Notes: a model not told the origin generated them from the letters alone. Numbered from the stretch's first letter, positions 29,816 to 40,907 are shown. The stretch: DNA of 64,000 bases from an uncultured Flavobacteriaceae bacterium (GCA_964655585.1 CAZZNK010000001.1:15199-79198), one strand, 5' to 3'. Numbers and translations are program-made.

Positions 29816-30295
29816 ATGGTAGGAATTATTATGGGAAGCGATTCAGATCTTCCAATTATGCAAGAAGCGATAGCTATTTTAGAAAGTTTTGACATTCCGT
29901 TTGAAGTAGATATTGTATCCGCACACAGAACGCCAGAAAAATTATTTGACTATGCCAAAAATGCTCACAAAAGAGGTGTAAAAGTAATTATTGCAGGTGC
30001 AGGAGGCGCAGCACATTTACCAGGAATGGTGGCAAGTATGAGTCCGTTGCCTATAATTGGAGTACCTATAAAAAGCAGAAACTCTATAGATGGTTGGGAT
30101 TCTATTTTGTCTATTTTACAAATGCCAGGGGGAGTGCCTGTGGCAACTGTTGCTTTAGATGGCGCCAAAAATGCAGGAATTTTAGCGGCACAAATTATTG
30201 GATCTTCAGATAAATGTGTATTAGATAAAATAATTTTTTATAAAGAAGCCTTAAAATTAAAAGTTGAAAAAGCTTCTGAAAGAGTAAAAAAGTAA
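29816..30295 (+). CDS. purE: N5-carboxyaminoimidazole ribonucleotide mutase
   Basis: MGSDSD, SAHRTP, AGAGGAAHLPG, QMPGGVPVATV. Confidence 0.98.
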   Translation: MVGIIMGSDSDLPIMQEAIAILESFDIPFEVDIVSAHRTPEKLFDYAKNAHKRGVKVIIAGAGGAAHLPGMVASMSPLPIIGVPIKSRNSIDGWDSILSILQMPGGVPVATVALDGAKNAGILAAQIIGSSDKCVLDKIIFYKEALKLKVEKASERVKK

Positions 30296-30305
30296 AATTT
30301 GTATT

Positions 30306-30911
30306 ATGAAAAAAATATTATTACTGCTACTACTGTTTTCAATAGTATCTTTTTCACAAGAAAAAAATACAACATCAAACAACCCAATTATTTATGCGGA
30401 TATGACTTTAGGTTTTTCACTTATGAATACATATAGTGGTATTGGCACAATAAATTACCAAACTAAAAATAACCTTTTTACTTATCGGTTTTCTGAATTA
30501 TACCACATAACAGCTAAAGACAAGAAATGGTTAATTGTGTTTCCTTTCCTGATATTTTCTAGTGCTTTAAAATCAAGAGAACATGCGTTTTTATACGGAA
30601 AGAGATATGAAAACAATGATTTTTCTTATTCTTTTTCAGGAGGGCTTTCTTATACAAGATACACAGACAACCCAAGTTTATTAAACCCAACCTCACTTAA
30701 AAACTCTTTTTTTGGTTTTCCTTTTGAGGTTAATGTTAAATGGTTTAAATCTGAAAAAAAACGTTTTCGAATTTATAGTTTAATTCCCGTAGGAAAACCA
30801 ACAGGACTTGGAGGTAGTTTCGGGATTAAACTATTCGGAAATATTTCTAAAAAATCATACATTGGTATTGGTTTAACCTTTGGGTTAGGGTATTATAAAA
30901 ATTACAATTAA
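30306..30911 (+). CDS. Hypothetical secreted/outer-membrane protein
   Basis: Signal peptide ending FSQ; amphipathic beta-strand-like C-terminus. Confidence 0.7.
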   Translation: MKKILLLLLLFSIVSFSQEKNTTSNNPIIYADMTLGFSLMNTYSGIGTINYQTKNNLFTYRFSELYHITAKDKKWLIVFPFLIFSSALKSREHAFLYGKRYENNDFSYSFSGGLSYTRYTDNPSLLNPTSLKNSFFGFPFEVNVKWFKSEKKRFRIYSLIPVGKPTGLGGSFGIKLFGNISKKSYIGIGLTFGLGYYKNYN

Positions 30912-30920
30912 AATACATCA

Positions 30921-32936
30921 ATGAACATATTATTACAAAAATTTGATACAGCACCTTTTTCTAAAATTTCTTCGGATGATTTTAAACCAGCAATAAAAAA
31001 AGCCATAGAAATCGCTAAAGAAGAAATTGATGACATTGTAAAAAATAGTGCAATACCAACTTTTAAAAATACGGTTGTAGCTTTGGCTAATACAGGTGAA
31101 CAATTAGATAGAATTACCAGTATTTTTTTCAATATAAACTCAGCAGAAACATCCGAAGAAATTCAGAAAATAGCGCAAGAAATATCACCTTGGCTAAGTG
31201 AGTTTAGAAATGACATTACACTAAATGCCGATTTATTTAACCGCGTAAAACAAGTTTTTGATAAAAAAACCAGTTTAGATTTGAACGCTGAACAGCAAAT
31301 GTTGTTAGAAAAGCAATACAAAAGTTTTGCAAGAAATGGGGCTAACTTATCTGAAGACGATAAAAAAACGCTTCGAAAAATTGATGCAGATTTATCAAAA
31401 GCAGCACTACAGTTCGGAGAAAATGTATTAGCAGATTCCAATAATTTCGAACTGCTAATTACCAATAAAAATGACCTTGAAGGATTGCCAGAAAGTGTAA
31501 AAGAAGCAGCCAAAGCTATTGCGGTACAAAAAGAAAAAGAGGGATGGGTTTTTACTTTAGATTACCCGAGTTACATTCCTTTTATGACTTATGCAAAAAA
31601 TAGAGCGTTGCGAAAAAAATTGGCGGTTGCAATGGGTAAAAAAGGTTTTCAAAAAAACGAATTCAATAACGAAAAAGTTGTTTTAAAAATTGTAAATCTT
31701 CGTTATCAAAGAGCTAATTTATTAGGTTATCAAACACATGCTCATTTTGTACTAGAAGAAAGAATGGCAGAAAACCCAGAAAAAGTTTTATCATTTTCTA
31801 ATGAGTTATTAAAAAAAGCGAAACCTGCAGCACAAAAAGAGTTTCAAGAATTGTCTGAATTTGCTAAAGAATTAGACGGAATAAATCAACTTCAAAAATG
31901 GGATGGAGCATATTATTCAGAAAAATTAAAGAAAAAATTATTTGATTTAGATCAAGAGTTATTAAAACCTTATTTTCAATTAGAAAACGTTATTGATGGT
32001 GTTTTTACCATCGCTAATAAATTATATGATTTAAAATTTGAAGAAACTTTTGATATCGACACCTATCATAAAGACGTAAAAACTTATCATGTAACGGATA
32101 CAAACGGAGTTTTTGTAGCTATTTTTTATGCTGATTTTCATCCGAGGAAAGGAAAAAGAAACGGAGCGTGGATGACTTCTTATAAGGGGCAACAAATTAG
32201 AGGAAAGGAAAATATTCGTCCACATGTATCTATCGTTTGTAACTTTACAAAACCTACCGAAACCAAACCATCGTTACTTACCTTTAATGAGGTAACTACG
32301 TTGTTTCATGAATTTGGGCATGCATTACATGGTATGTTAGCAAATACTACTTATAAAAGTTTATCAGGAACATCAGTATCTTGGGATTTTGTGGAGTTGC
32401 CAAGTCAGATTTTAGAAAATTGGTGTTATGAAAAAGAAGCGTTAGCATTGTTTGCCAAACATTATAAAACTGGCGAGGTTATTCCGATGGAATATGTAGC
32501 AAAAATTAAAGAATCAGCAAGTTTTCATGAAGGTATGCAAACATTACGTCAGTTAAGTTTTGGTTTGTTAGATATGAATTGGCACGGTGGGAATTCTACA
32601 GATATTAAAAAGGTAAAAGACTTTGAAATTGCTGCTTTTAAAGAAACACAATTATATCCTGATGTTGCAGAAAACTGTATGAGTACAGCATTTTCTCATA
32701 TTTTTCAAGGTGGATATTCTGCTGGATATTATTCTTACAAATGGGCGGAGGTTCTAGACGCCGATGCTTTTGAATACTTTTTAGAAAAAGGAATTTTTAA
32801 TAAGGAAGTGGCTACAAAATTTAAAGAAAATGTACTTTCTAAAGGCGGTACAGAAAAGCCAATGAAATTGTACAAACAATTTAGAGGAAAAGAACCAAAA
32901 CCAGATGCTTTGTTAAGGCGTGCGGGATTGCTGTAG
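30921..32936 (+). CDS. M3 family metallopeptidase (peptidyl-dipeptidase Dcp-like)
   Basis: HEFGHALH, DFVELPSQ, GYSAGYYSY.WAEVLDAD. Confidence 0.95.
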   Translation: MNILLQKFDTAPFSKISSDDFKPAIKKAIEIAKEEIDDIVKNSAIPTFKNTVVALANTGEQLDRITSIFFNINSAETSEEIQKIAQEISPWLSEFRNDITLNADLFNRVKQVFDKKTSLDLNAEQQMLLEKQYKSFARNGANLSEDDKKTLRKIDADLSKAALQFGENVLADSNNFELLITNKNDLEGLPESVKEAAKAIAVQKEKEGWVFTLDYPSYIPFMTYAKNRALRKKLAVAMGKKGFQKNEFNNEKVVLKIVNLRYQRANLLGYQTHAHFVLEERMAENPEKVLSFSNELLKKAKPAAQKEFQELSEFAKELDGINQLQKWDGAYYSEKLKKKLFDLDQELLKPYFQLENVIDGVFTIANKLYDLKFEETFDIDTYHKDVKTYHVTDTNGVFVAIFYADFHPRKGKRNGAWMTSYKGQQIRGKENIRPHVSIVCNFTKPTETKPSLLTFNEVTTLFHEFGHALHGMLANTTYKSLSGTSVSWDFVELPSQILENWCYEKEALALFAKHYKTGEVIPMEYVAKIKESASFHEGMQTLRQLSFGLLDMNWHGGNSTDIKKVKDFEIAAFKETQLYPDVAENCMSTAFSHIFQGGYSAGYYSYKWAEVLDADAFEYFLEKGIFNKEVATKFKENVLSKGGTEKPMKLYKQFRGKEPKPDALLRRAGLL

Positions 32937-33012
32937 AGGTTTTACCAATTAATTAACACACAAAATTTATTGAAGATATTGAAAAAGAATATTTTTACAT
33001 AAAACGACTCTT

Positions 33013-34224
33013 ATGAAAAAAGTAGTTTTATGTGTGATTAGTCTATTTTTATTTTCGAATGTAATTTTTTCACAAATCATATTAAAAGGAAAAGTTGTCA
33101 ATGAAAAAAGTGAGCCTCTAGAAAATGCTGCTATCTATATTAACAATACAACTTTTGGCACTTTTACTGATAAAAACGGAGAATATCAATTAAAAATTAA
33201 TGAAGGAAAACATGTTTTAATTGTTTCTTTTTTAGGATATAAAACAATTACAGAAGAAGTAAATACTTCTGAAAAAACAAAAATAGTATATTTTGTTCTA
33301 CAGTCAAAAGAAAATGTTTTAGATGAAATTGTTATCAAAAAAGTAGTGTATGATAATGATTGGAAGTACAATTTAGTTCGATTTAAAAAGGCTTTTTTAG
33401 GAACAACTATTTTAGCACAAAATTGTAAAATTTTAAACCCAAAAACCTTGTCTTTTGAGTACAACTATAAGACAAAAACTTTTACAGCTTTTGCAAAAGA
33501 ACCATTGCGAATTAAGAATAAAGGTTTAGGGTATTTAATTACCTATGATTTGGTAGATTTTACCCAGAACGATAAACAAACAACCTATTTAGGTTATGCA
33601 AAATACAAGAATTTAAAAAAGAAGATAAAAAAACGATGGATAAAAAACAGAAAGAAAGCATACAATGGTTCTCGGATGCATTTTTTAAGGAGTTTACGCA
33701 ATAAATCCTTAAAAAAAGAAGGATTTAATGTAAATCAGTTTAAACGAGTTTTAAATCCAGAGAGACCTTTAGAGGATGAAATTTCTAGAGCAAAAGAACT
33801 AATAAGATTACATAGAAGTCCAATGTTTTTTGGTAAAAAAATAGAACCTAAAACTCCCTTAGATTCTGCTTTGGTGGTGGTACAGAAATCAAGACTTCCG
33901 AAATATCGTGATTATTTATACAAAAAAAATGTTCCGTATCATGATATGATTCAAGCTTCTGATAAGAATATCTTCTTACAATTTAAAGATTATTTATCTA
34001 TTATTTATACAAAAGAAACTGAAGAAGAAAATTATGCGAGAAGAAATATATGGAAACCTAGAACTCCTTTAAACGTACAAACATCTGCAATTGTAATGAA
34101 GCAAAAACGAGTAGTTATAGATATGTTAGGAGAAATAGCAGACCCTTTAGCTATTTTTGCAGAAGGTTATTGGAGTTATGAAAAGTTGGCAGATATGTTG
34201 CCGTTAAATTATTTTTCAAAATAA
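33013..34224 (+). CDS. Carboxypeptidase-regulatory-like domain protein
   Basis: Signal peptide, GKV..PLENA.I.INNT..GT.TD..G, VSFLGY, LDEIVI. Confidence 0.85.
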   Translation: MKKVVLCVISLFLFSNVIFSQIILKGKVVNEKSEPLENAAIYINNTTFGTFTDKNGEYQLKINEGKHVLIVSFLGYKTITEEVNTSEKTKIVYFVLQSKENVLDEIVIKKVVYDNDWKYNLVRFKKAFLGTTILAQNCKILNPKTLSFEYNYKTKTFTAFAKEPLRIKNKGLGYLITYDLVDFTQNDKQTTYLGYAKYKNLKKKIKKRWIKNRKKAYNGSRMHFLRSLRNKSLKKEGFNVNQFKRVLNPERPLEDEISRAKELIRLHRSPMFFGKKIEPKTPLDSALVVVQKSRLPKYRDYLYKKNVPYHDMIQASDKNIFLQFKDYLSIIYTKETEEENYARRNIWKPRTPLNVQTSAIVMKQKRVVIDMLGEIADPLAIFAEGYWSYEKLADMLPLNYFSK

Positions 34225-34242
34225 TAATAATAATAATAATAA
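34222..34242 (+). repeat. (TAA)7 microsatellite
   Basis: Seven tandem TAA starting at the stop codon of the upstream CDS. Confidence 0.9.
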
Positions 34243-34386
34243 ATTAGCAAGAATTCGATCTAATAAAAAGAATTTAAGTTTGTAAAACAGAGGAAGGATT
34301 ATCGAAATAGTTTATCTTTTATAAAGAATTTTGATAGCATAGGTTTGATATTTACTCTTTATAACTTCGAATTGTACTATTACTAA

Positions 34387-35541
34387 TTAAGTTTGTCTTT
34401 TTTTAATAAACCGAAATCTTACATACAGCAACATGTATCCGACTAAAAATAATACGAGTAAATGTGAAAATCCATTGACTATGTTATCGAGTTTAGCTCC
34501 TTCTGTAGCTAAGGAGTTAAATATCTTAAAATAGGGTGTAGATGGTAATAAATTTGCAAACATTTGTAATCCTTTTGGCATCGCATCAATAGGCCACGAA
34601 TAACCAGAGACTAAGAATAACGGATAGGTAGAGAACGCCAAAATTTCTGTCCAACCAATGCTGGTTTTAAAGAAAGAAGCAAATAAAACTGTGTATATAA
34701 TAACCACACTTATAAATAATAAACTTAATAGCAAATGCAAAAAGATAGAACCGTTAAAACTCAATGAGAAATGTGGAAAAATCAATTTATAAAAAACAAA
34801 AAAGTAAGAGGTATATAATAATAAATAGTAAAAGCTTTTTGCTGAAATAACTTTTACAAACCCAAAAAATGAAAAGTTGTTTAGATTTTGTAGTATTCCG
34901 TGTTTAAATTCATGTACTACACTTTGTCCAAAGCCAATAATTAAAGTTTGTTGTAATATTAAAATTAATAAAATTGGCAATAAATAATCTCCATAATTAT
35001 TGGTAGCATTGTAAATAGATTTTATAACAGGCATTATGGGTTGTGCTTGTTGTTTCGCAATTTCTACAGGAATTTTATTACTGATAAAATATTGCATTCT
35101 AACTCCGCCAGCAACCGTTAATATGACCTTTTGAACCGATTTATTGATTTCATTGGAAGTTAAAAATTTAGTATTGTTTAAAATTAGCTCTACATAAGCT
35201 CCCTCTAAATTCATTGTCTTTTTTTGAAACCCTTTTGGAAGAATAACAATACCCTGAACTTCTAAATTATTAAACCGAAAAATTGCATCTTCTAAAGAAG
35301 AATAGTGCCCTTCTATAGAAATTTTTTCAGAAGTATTTATCCATTGAGAAACTTTTCTAGATAAATTAGAATGGTCAAAATCTACGATAGCAATTGGAAT
35401 TTCAGAAACTTCTTTTTCTGAATAAATAGATCCAATAAAAAACGCATAAATTATAGGTGCTACTAGACAAGTAAGTAAGATACTTTTGTCTTTAAAAATT
35501 AAAGAAAGTTCATTTTTTAATATAGAGAACCATTTTTTCAT
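34387..35541 (-). CDS. ABC-2 type transporter permease
   Basis: PIAIVDFDHSNLSR periplasmic domain, SGYSWPIDAMP. Confidence 0.9.
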   Translation of the reverse strand: MKKWFSILKNELSLIFKDKSILLTCLVAPIIYAFFIGSIYSEKEVSEIPIAIVDFDHSNLSRKVSQWINTSEKISIEGHYSSLEDAIFRFNNLEVQGIVILPKGFQKKTMNLEGAYVELILNNTKFLTSNEINKSVQKVILTVAGGVRMQYFISNKIPVEIAKQQAQPIMPVIKSIYNATNNYGDYLLPILLILILQQTLIIGFGQSVVHEFKHGILQNLNNFSFFGFVKVISAKSFYYLLLYTSYFFVFYKLIFPHFSLSFNGSIFLHLLLSLLFISVVIIYTVLFASFFKTSIGWTEILAFSTYPLFLVSGYSWPIDAMPKGLQMFANLLPSTPYFKIFNSLATEGAKLDNIVNGFSHLLVLFLVGYMLLYVRFRFIKKRQT

Positions 35542-36698
35542 ACAGCCATTTTTTTATTCCGAAATATAAGAATACTAGTCGTTACGATATAGCCCAGTAA
35601 AAAGAAAAACAACAGATTTATTATGGGTTGTACTAAAAAAGAAAATGGTGTACTCATCTCTATACCTTTTATAAATGCATTTAAAAAATGGGTATAAGGT
35701 ATTAATTGTGCATACCAAGCACTAAGAGGAGGCATTGCCATAATAGGGAAGGTAAAGCCACTAAATACAAATGCTGGTGAGTTATAAACAAATGAAATAT
35801 CCATTGCAATAGCTTCATTTTTAAAGATAGTAGAAACCATAATTCCTAACATTGCATTTGCCATTACAAATACTAAAACCACCCATAAAAATGGTAGTGT
35901 ACTCTTACTTGTAGGAACTCCCAAAAGTGGGTGCACTACTGAAAAAATAAAAATTGCCAATACAAAACCTATTAGAGTATAAGTGAGTAATTTTCCGAAA
36001 ATAATTTTAAAAATACTTTGGTTAGTAAGTGTTAAAAGTTCATTGTAAGTTTGATTGGTATATTCAGAATTGATTGATCGTGCAGCTAAAAAAAAGACAA
36101 TCATTTGTAATAAAACCGTTGTCAATCCTGGAATTAAATAATATAAATAATTGTAGTACGAATTGTAAAGAGGCTTCGTAATCACCTTGATTGGCATTAC
36201 CATTTTTAATGCTTTTTCGTGTGGAATTCCATGAAGTTTAAATGTATTTAAATTGATGCCGGCAGACATTGTGTTGATAAAAGTAGCGGCTTCTTTATAG
36301 ATTAAATTTCCGTAAATGATATTAGAAGAATTGGTGTATACTAATAAATTTTCTTGTTTTCCGGAATAGATATTCTTTTGAAAATTTTTCGGAATCACAT
36401 AAAACCCTTTGATATTTGGGTAATTGAGAAACACTTTGTCAATATTGTCGTTGGAGTTTAAAAACTTAACAATGTTTAATTTTGGGGTAGCTTCTACACT
36501 CTGAATTACTTTTCTGCTAAGTTCAGAATGATCCAAATCCAATACAGCAATATTCACTTTTTCGATAGCACCTTCTTCGTAGATAGCACCTAAATAAAAG
36601 AAAACACCAATAGGGATTACTAACAATAAAACCCAAGCAGCGGGTCTTTTTTTAAGTCGGATTAGCTCCCGAATTACTATTTGTAGTATCATTTTCAA
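35538..36698 (-). CDS. ABC-2 type transporter permease
   Basis: IAVLDLDHSELSR, PAFVFSGFTFP..AMP. Confidence 0.9.
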   Translation of the reverse strand: MKMILQIVIRELIRLKKRPAAWVLLLVIPIGVFFYLGAIYEEGAIEKVNIAVLDLDHSELSRKVIQSVEATPKLNIVKFLNSNDNIDKVFLNYPNIKGFYVIPKNFQKNIYSGKQENLLVYTNSSNIIYGNLIYKEAATFINTMSAGINLNTFKLHGIPHEKALKMVMPIKVITKPLYNSYYNYLYYLIPGLTTVLLQMIVFFLAARSINSEYTNQTYNELLTLTNQSIFKIIFGKLLTYTLIGFVLAIFIFSVVHPLLGVPTSKSTLPFLWVVLVFVMANAMLGIMVSTIFKNEAIAMDISFVYNSPAFVFSGFTFPIMAMPPLSAWYAQLIPYTHFLNAFIKGIEMSTPFSFLVQPIINLLFFFLLGYIVTTSILIFRNKKMAV

Positions 36699-37678
36699 AG
36701 TTCGATATTGATACTCATTCCTGGTCTTAAGTTTTCAATTTTTGATATTGGGCTTAGGTGAATCTCAAAAGTTTTCATATCCAAACGACCTTTGTCTGCT
36801 GTGGGAATCCAATCAGCAAAATCTGCCATTGGTGCAATATATGTTACTTTAAACTTGTAGGAATCATTATCAAAAGCAGGTAACCTACCTGAAATTTCTG
36901 TTCCCATTTTAAAGTTCTTTAAAAAATCTTCTCTAATATGAATCACCGCATGAATATCTTCTAGTTTTTGAATTGTAAATATGGGATAACCCGCAGGCAT
37001 CACTTCACTTTCTTCAGCTAATTTTGAAGAAATTTCTCCAGAAACAGGTGCGTAAATTTCTAACTCTTTATAATAGGCTTTCGCTTCACTTACTAATCCG
37101 CCTGCAGCATTCATTTGCCCTTTACTAGCTTTTTTATCTTCAATTCTGGCGCCTTCTTGAGCCATTTCAAAGATAGATTTTGCCGCACTCATTTGGTCAA
37201 ATGAAGCATCTCGTTTAAAGGTGATTTCATCCATTTTTTGCTGTGAAATTAGACTGTCTTTAGACATTTTTTGTAATCTCTTATAAGATTTTTCAGCAAA
37301 AATATATTGACTTTGAGCCATTTTATATTTATTTTTAGCAGCAAATACTATTTGATTTCTTGCACCAAAATTTGCTTTATCGTTTATTGATTTAGCTGCA
37401 TCAAACATTCCTTGAGCTTGCTGAATTTTAGCATCTAAGATATCACTTTCAATGGTTGCTAATAGTTGTCCTTTTTCAACTTTATTACCTAGTTTAACGT
37501 AGATAGTTTCAATACGCCCTGGTATTTCAGAAGCGACACGAATTTCGGTAGTTTCAAATAACCCTACAAAAACACGATTGTCATTTTCATTTGGTTTTAG
37601 CGATAGTAATAGGATAATTCCTATAACAATAATCAATACAGGAATTATTAATATGAGGATTTGTTTTTTGTTTTTCAT
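36695..37678 (-). CDS. HlyD-family periplasmic adaptor
   Basis: VASEIPGRI, IYAPVSGEI, LRPGMS. Confidence 0.92.
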   Translation of the reverse strand: MKNKKQILILIIPVLIIVIGIILLLSLKPNENDNRVFVGLFETTEIRVASEIPGRIETIYVKLGNKVEKGQLLATIESDILDAKIQQAQGMFDAAKSINDKANFGARNQIVFAAKNKYKMAQSQYIFAEKSYKRLQKMSKDSLISQQKMDEITFKRDASFDQMSAAKSIFEMAQEGARIEDKKASKGQMNAAGGLVSEAKAYYKELEIYAPVSGEISSKLAEESEVMPAGYPIFTIQKLEDIHAVIHIREDFLKNFKMGTEISGRLPAFDNDSYKFKVTYIAPMADFADWIPTADKGRLDMKTFEIHLSPISKIENLRPGMSINIEL

Positions 37679-37691
37679 AATAAAATAGTTT

Positions 37692-39083
37692 CTAATTTTT
37701 CAAGTTTTTTACTTGTAAACTTCCGGTTGAGATGAGTAATTCTACTGCCGCCATTCGTTGTTGCGTAATCAATTTATAATAGTTAAGAACTGCATCTTGG
37801 TAATCGGTTTCGGCTTCTAATCTATCATTGATAGAAATAAGCCCTTCGTGATAGCTTTTTACAGCCAAATTTAGTGTATTAAAAGCTACCTCTTTTTCTT
37901 GTTTCTTAAATAATAACTGCTGATTTTTAACATCAAAATCTACTAGAACTTTTTTAGCAAAGAGTTCTAGCTTTTCTTTGGCATCTGCTTTTCTCTCTTT
38001 GGCTATATTTTTTTCAATAGTAGTTTGATTAATTTTATTAGAATTTTTTAGCCCACTAAAAATATCCCAATGCATGCCAATACCAAGAAAATAAGAAGGA
38101 AATGCTTCAAATTCATTCAACTTCAAATTTACATTTTCACCACTAGGTAAAGCGTAAGGTGTTTTTAAACTCGCATTAAATAAATTGGCATACGATAAGG
38201 TTGCGAGGGCTTGAAATTTAGGTAAAAATGCATTTCGATTCATTTTTAATTTATAATCGTATGCATTGATAGAGGCATTTAAAGCTTTTAATTCTGGGCG
38301 ATTTTGGTAGGTATTCGTATCGTTTTGAAGCAGCCAAGGTTTTAATACAAAATGATATTTTTTTAGTGTGGCAACATCTACATTGGTAAGTATCGAAAGT
38401 TTTAGGTATAGTAAATTTAGATTACCGTATAGTTCTACTTTTTTAGAAGCTAAGTTTAATTCGGCTGCTGTAATTTTTTGGCGATCGTAGGGAATTGCCA
38501 AACCATTTTTTATAGCAGTTTTAACTCTTTCTTTTTCTTTTGTTAATCTTTGTTCACTAGCTATAATAACATTTTCGGCCTTATGTAGTAATTTAATTTT
38601 ATCAAAAGTATCAATCATATCTTTTATGATATCTGCTTTTTTTGCTTTGAGCATAAAGTTTTTTGCTTTAATTTTTTCTTCAAAAGCTTTTGAACCATAA
38701 GTTACTTGCATTCCAGAAAATAGCAATGTTTTAACGGTTAAATTGGCGTTGAAAATTTGGGATTGAGCATCAAACCTAGATTTTCCTTTAAATAATTCAA
38801 TTCCTGTAATAGGAAGTTGAATAGTAGGAATATCGATATTTATTTTACTAGCTCCATAACCATAAATTGCATCAAGTTCTACAGTTGGAATAAAGTTTTG
38901 AAGGATGGTTTTTTTTTCAATACTATCGATAGAAATTTCGTGAATCGATTTTTTTAAAGCATAACTTTTTTCTAAACTTCGATTGATAAGGTCAATTTCG
39001 ATTTTACTTAAATTATTTTGAGCTACTAAAGAACTAAAATAAAAGGCACTAAAGAAACTAAATAAGAGTATTTTTTTTATCAT
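37692..39083 (-). CDS. TolC-family outer membrane efflux protein
   Basis: Signal peptide, RPEL, FLPK, WDIFSG, YHEGL repeats; start could be 39095. Confidence 0.9.
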   Translation of the reverse strand: MIKKILLFSFFSAFYFSSLVAQNNLSKIEIDLINRSLEKSYALKKSIHEISIDSIEKKTILQNFIPTVELDAIYGYGASKINIDIPTIQLPITGIELFKGKSRFDAQSQIFNANLTVKTLLFSGMQVTYGSKAFEEKIKAKNFMLKAKKADIIKDMIDTFDKIKLLHKAENVIIASEQRLTKEKERVKTAIKNGLAIPYDRQKITAAELNLASKKVELYGNLNLLYLKLSILTNVDVATLKKYHFVLKPWLLQNDTNTYQNRPELKALNASINAYDYKLKMNRNAFLPKFQALATLSYANLFNASLKTPYALPSGENVNLKLNEFEAFPSYFLGIGMHWDIFSGLKNSNKINQTTIEKNIAKERKADAKEKLELFAKKVLVDFDVKNQQLLFKKQEKEVAFNTLNLAVKSYHEGLISINDRLEAETDYQDAVLNYYKLITQQRMAAVELLISTGSLQVKNLKN

Positions 39084-39147
39084 TATTTTACACATTTTTT
39101 ATAGAAACGCTTTGCTAAATGTAGTTTGGCTCTGAAGTGAAGATACA

Positions 39148-39183
39148 AGAAAAGTCATTTTGTAATTACAAAAGGACTTTTCT
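39148..39183 (-). terminator. Hairpin between oleate hydratase and tolC
   Basis: Minus strand AGAAAAGTCCTTTTGTAATTACAAAATGACTTTTCT, near-perfect palindrome. Confidence 0.55.
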
Positions 39184-39191
39184 AAAATAAT

Positions 39192-40907
39192 TTACACTAA
39201 ATCTTCAAAAGTTGTGTTGGCTAATTTTTTCTTAATTACAGCTTCTATAATTTTTTTCACTACACCTTCATGATCACTTTTCATAGCTTTAGTTGCAGCA
39301 GATAAAGCACGGATATCATATTGACTTGCATAAATTTCTGGAACCTTCTTGTCTTTAATATCTAGGAAGTGATAAACAGCCATAATAGCAGAACGCACAG
39401 AGTATTCTACAGTAAATACACAATCGTCTTTTATTTCACAGAATTGACCTAAAAAGGCTAGATTTTCACTACCTTCTGGTATTACTTCAGGTCTATCACC
39501 TTTAACTCTAGGCATAAACTGACTTGTTATATAAGGCATCATTGCAGGAATAACGATACATTCATCAATATACTCTTGCATATCGTTTTTATCAATACCT
39601 AAATGATATAATAATTCTTGTAATAATTCTCTACCAGAACATTCACTCATTTTCTTGTCAATAAAATCCCCTTTATTATCTGGAAATAACGCATATGCCC
39701 AAGCAACTGTGCAATCATCAGGCTGGTTTTTAAACTGAGGTTGTCTATTAACCGTTACGCTTAATAACCAATTAGAGTCTCTTACTGTAATAATTCCTCC
39801 CGTAGCAGTTTTGTGCGGTAAAAACTTACGCTCAGCAAAATCTTCTAATAATTTACGCATTTTAGTTCCATTTGCTGTAATGGTATATGATTCCCATTTT
39901 GTTTTATCAATATCACTACAAAATACTTCTGGCTTACCAAAAGCGGCATCTTTTGCTGCAATATTTTTCCATAATTTCCAAACGGCACCTTTGCTTCTAT
40001 CAGTAATAGGGGCATTATCCATATCTCCAAGGGTAGAGTTTTCTGTCATAGATCCATTTGTAAAGAATACAAAATCGTTAGCAGTTATGTTTATTACCTG
40101 ATTTTTCTCATTTTGAATGATATGTATACCAGTTACCGTTTTTTTACCAGCATTAATATTAATATCTAAATCTGTGACAGTGGTATCAAATTGAAATTTA
40201 ACTCCTTTTGATTTTAATAAATTTTTTAAAGGAAGAATTAATGAATCGTATTGGTTGTATTTGGTAAACAACAAATTTCTCATCGTACTCATTCCTGGCA
40301 TTAAATGAATAAAACGTTGCATATATCTTTTCATTTCTAAAACAGAATGCCATGGCTCAAAAGCAAACATACTTCTCCAATATAACCACATATCAGTTTC
40401 TAAGAAAGATGCATCGAAGTAATCAGCAACAGACTGCGCTCCTAAATCTTCTTCTTTTGTAAGTAATAATTTTGTTAATTCCTTTGAATTTTCCTCACTT
40501 AAACCTAAATCTGTTTTCCGATATTTTTCTCCTCTATTTGAAATTGCTCTTACGTTAGAAAAATTAGGATCAGCGTCGTTTAATTCTTTAAACTCTTCTA
40601 ATACAGTTCTTCCTTCTTCTTCCATAGACGGCACTTCGGCATACAGGTCCCATAAACACTCATAATGTTCTTCCATTTCTCTACCACCACGTACAATAAA
40701 TCCGTTTTCAGGATTTCCTGCTCCATCCATTGCACCACCAGACATACTAGCTTGTTCGAAGATAGTAATTTGGTTTCCTTTCATATGTCCGTCACGCATT
40801 AAATACTCTGCTGCGGCTAATGATGCGATTCCTGAGCCAATTAAAAAGGCTTTTTTATTTTCAATTCCTTTTGGTTTACGCGGTGTAATTCTTTGGTAAT
40901 TGTTCAT
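39192..40907 (-). CDS. ohyA: Oleate hydratase (MCRA family)
   Basis: FAD motif GSGIASLAAA, RGGREM, YNQYDS, VFTVEYSVR. Confidence 0.95.
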   Translation of the reverse strand: MNNYQRITPRKPKGIENKKAFLIGSGIASLAAAEYLMRDGHMKGNQITIFEQASMSGGAMDGAGNPENGFIVRGGREMEEHYECLWDLYAEVPSMEEEGRTVLEEFKELNDADPNFSNVRAISNRGEKYRKTDLGLSEENSKELTKLLLTKEEDLGAQSVADYFDASFLETDMWLYWRSMFAFEPWHSVLEMKRYMQRFIHLMPGMSTMRNLLFTKYNQYDSLILPLKNLLKSKGVKFQFDTTVTDLDININAGKKTVTGIHIIQNEKNQVINITANDFVFFTNGSMTENSTLGDMDNAPITDRSKGAVWKLWKNIAAKDAAFGKPEVFCSDIDKTKWESYTITANGTKMRKLLEDFAERKFLPHKTATGGIITVRDSNWLLSVTVNRQPQFKNQPDDCTVAWAYALFPDNKGDFIDKKMSECSGRELLQELLYHLGIDKNDMQEYIDECIVIPAMMPYITSQFMPRVKGDRPEVIPEGSENLAFLGQFCEIKDDCVFTVEYSVRSAIMAVYHFLDIKDKKVPEIYASQYDIRALSAATKAMKSDHEGVVKKIIEAVIKKKLANTTFEDLV

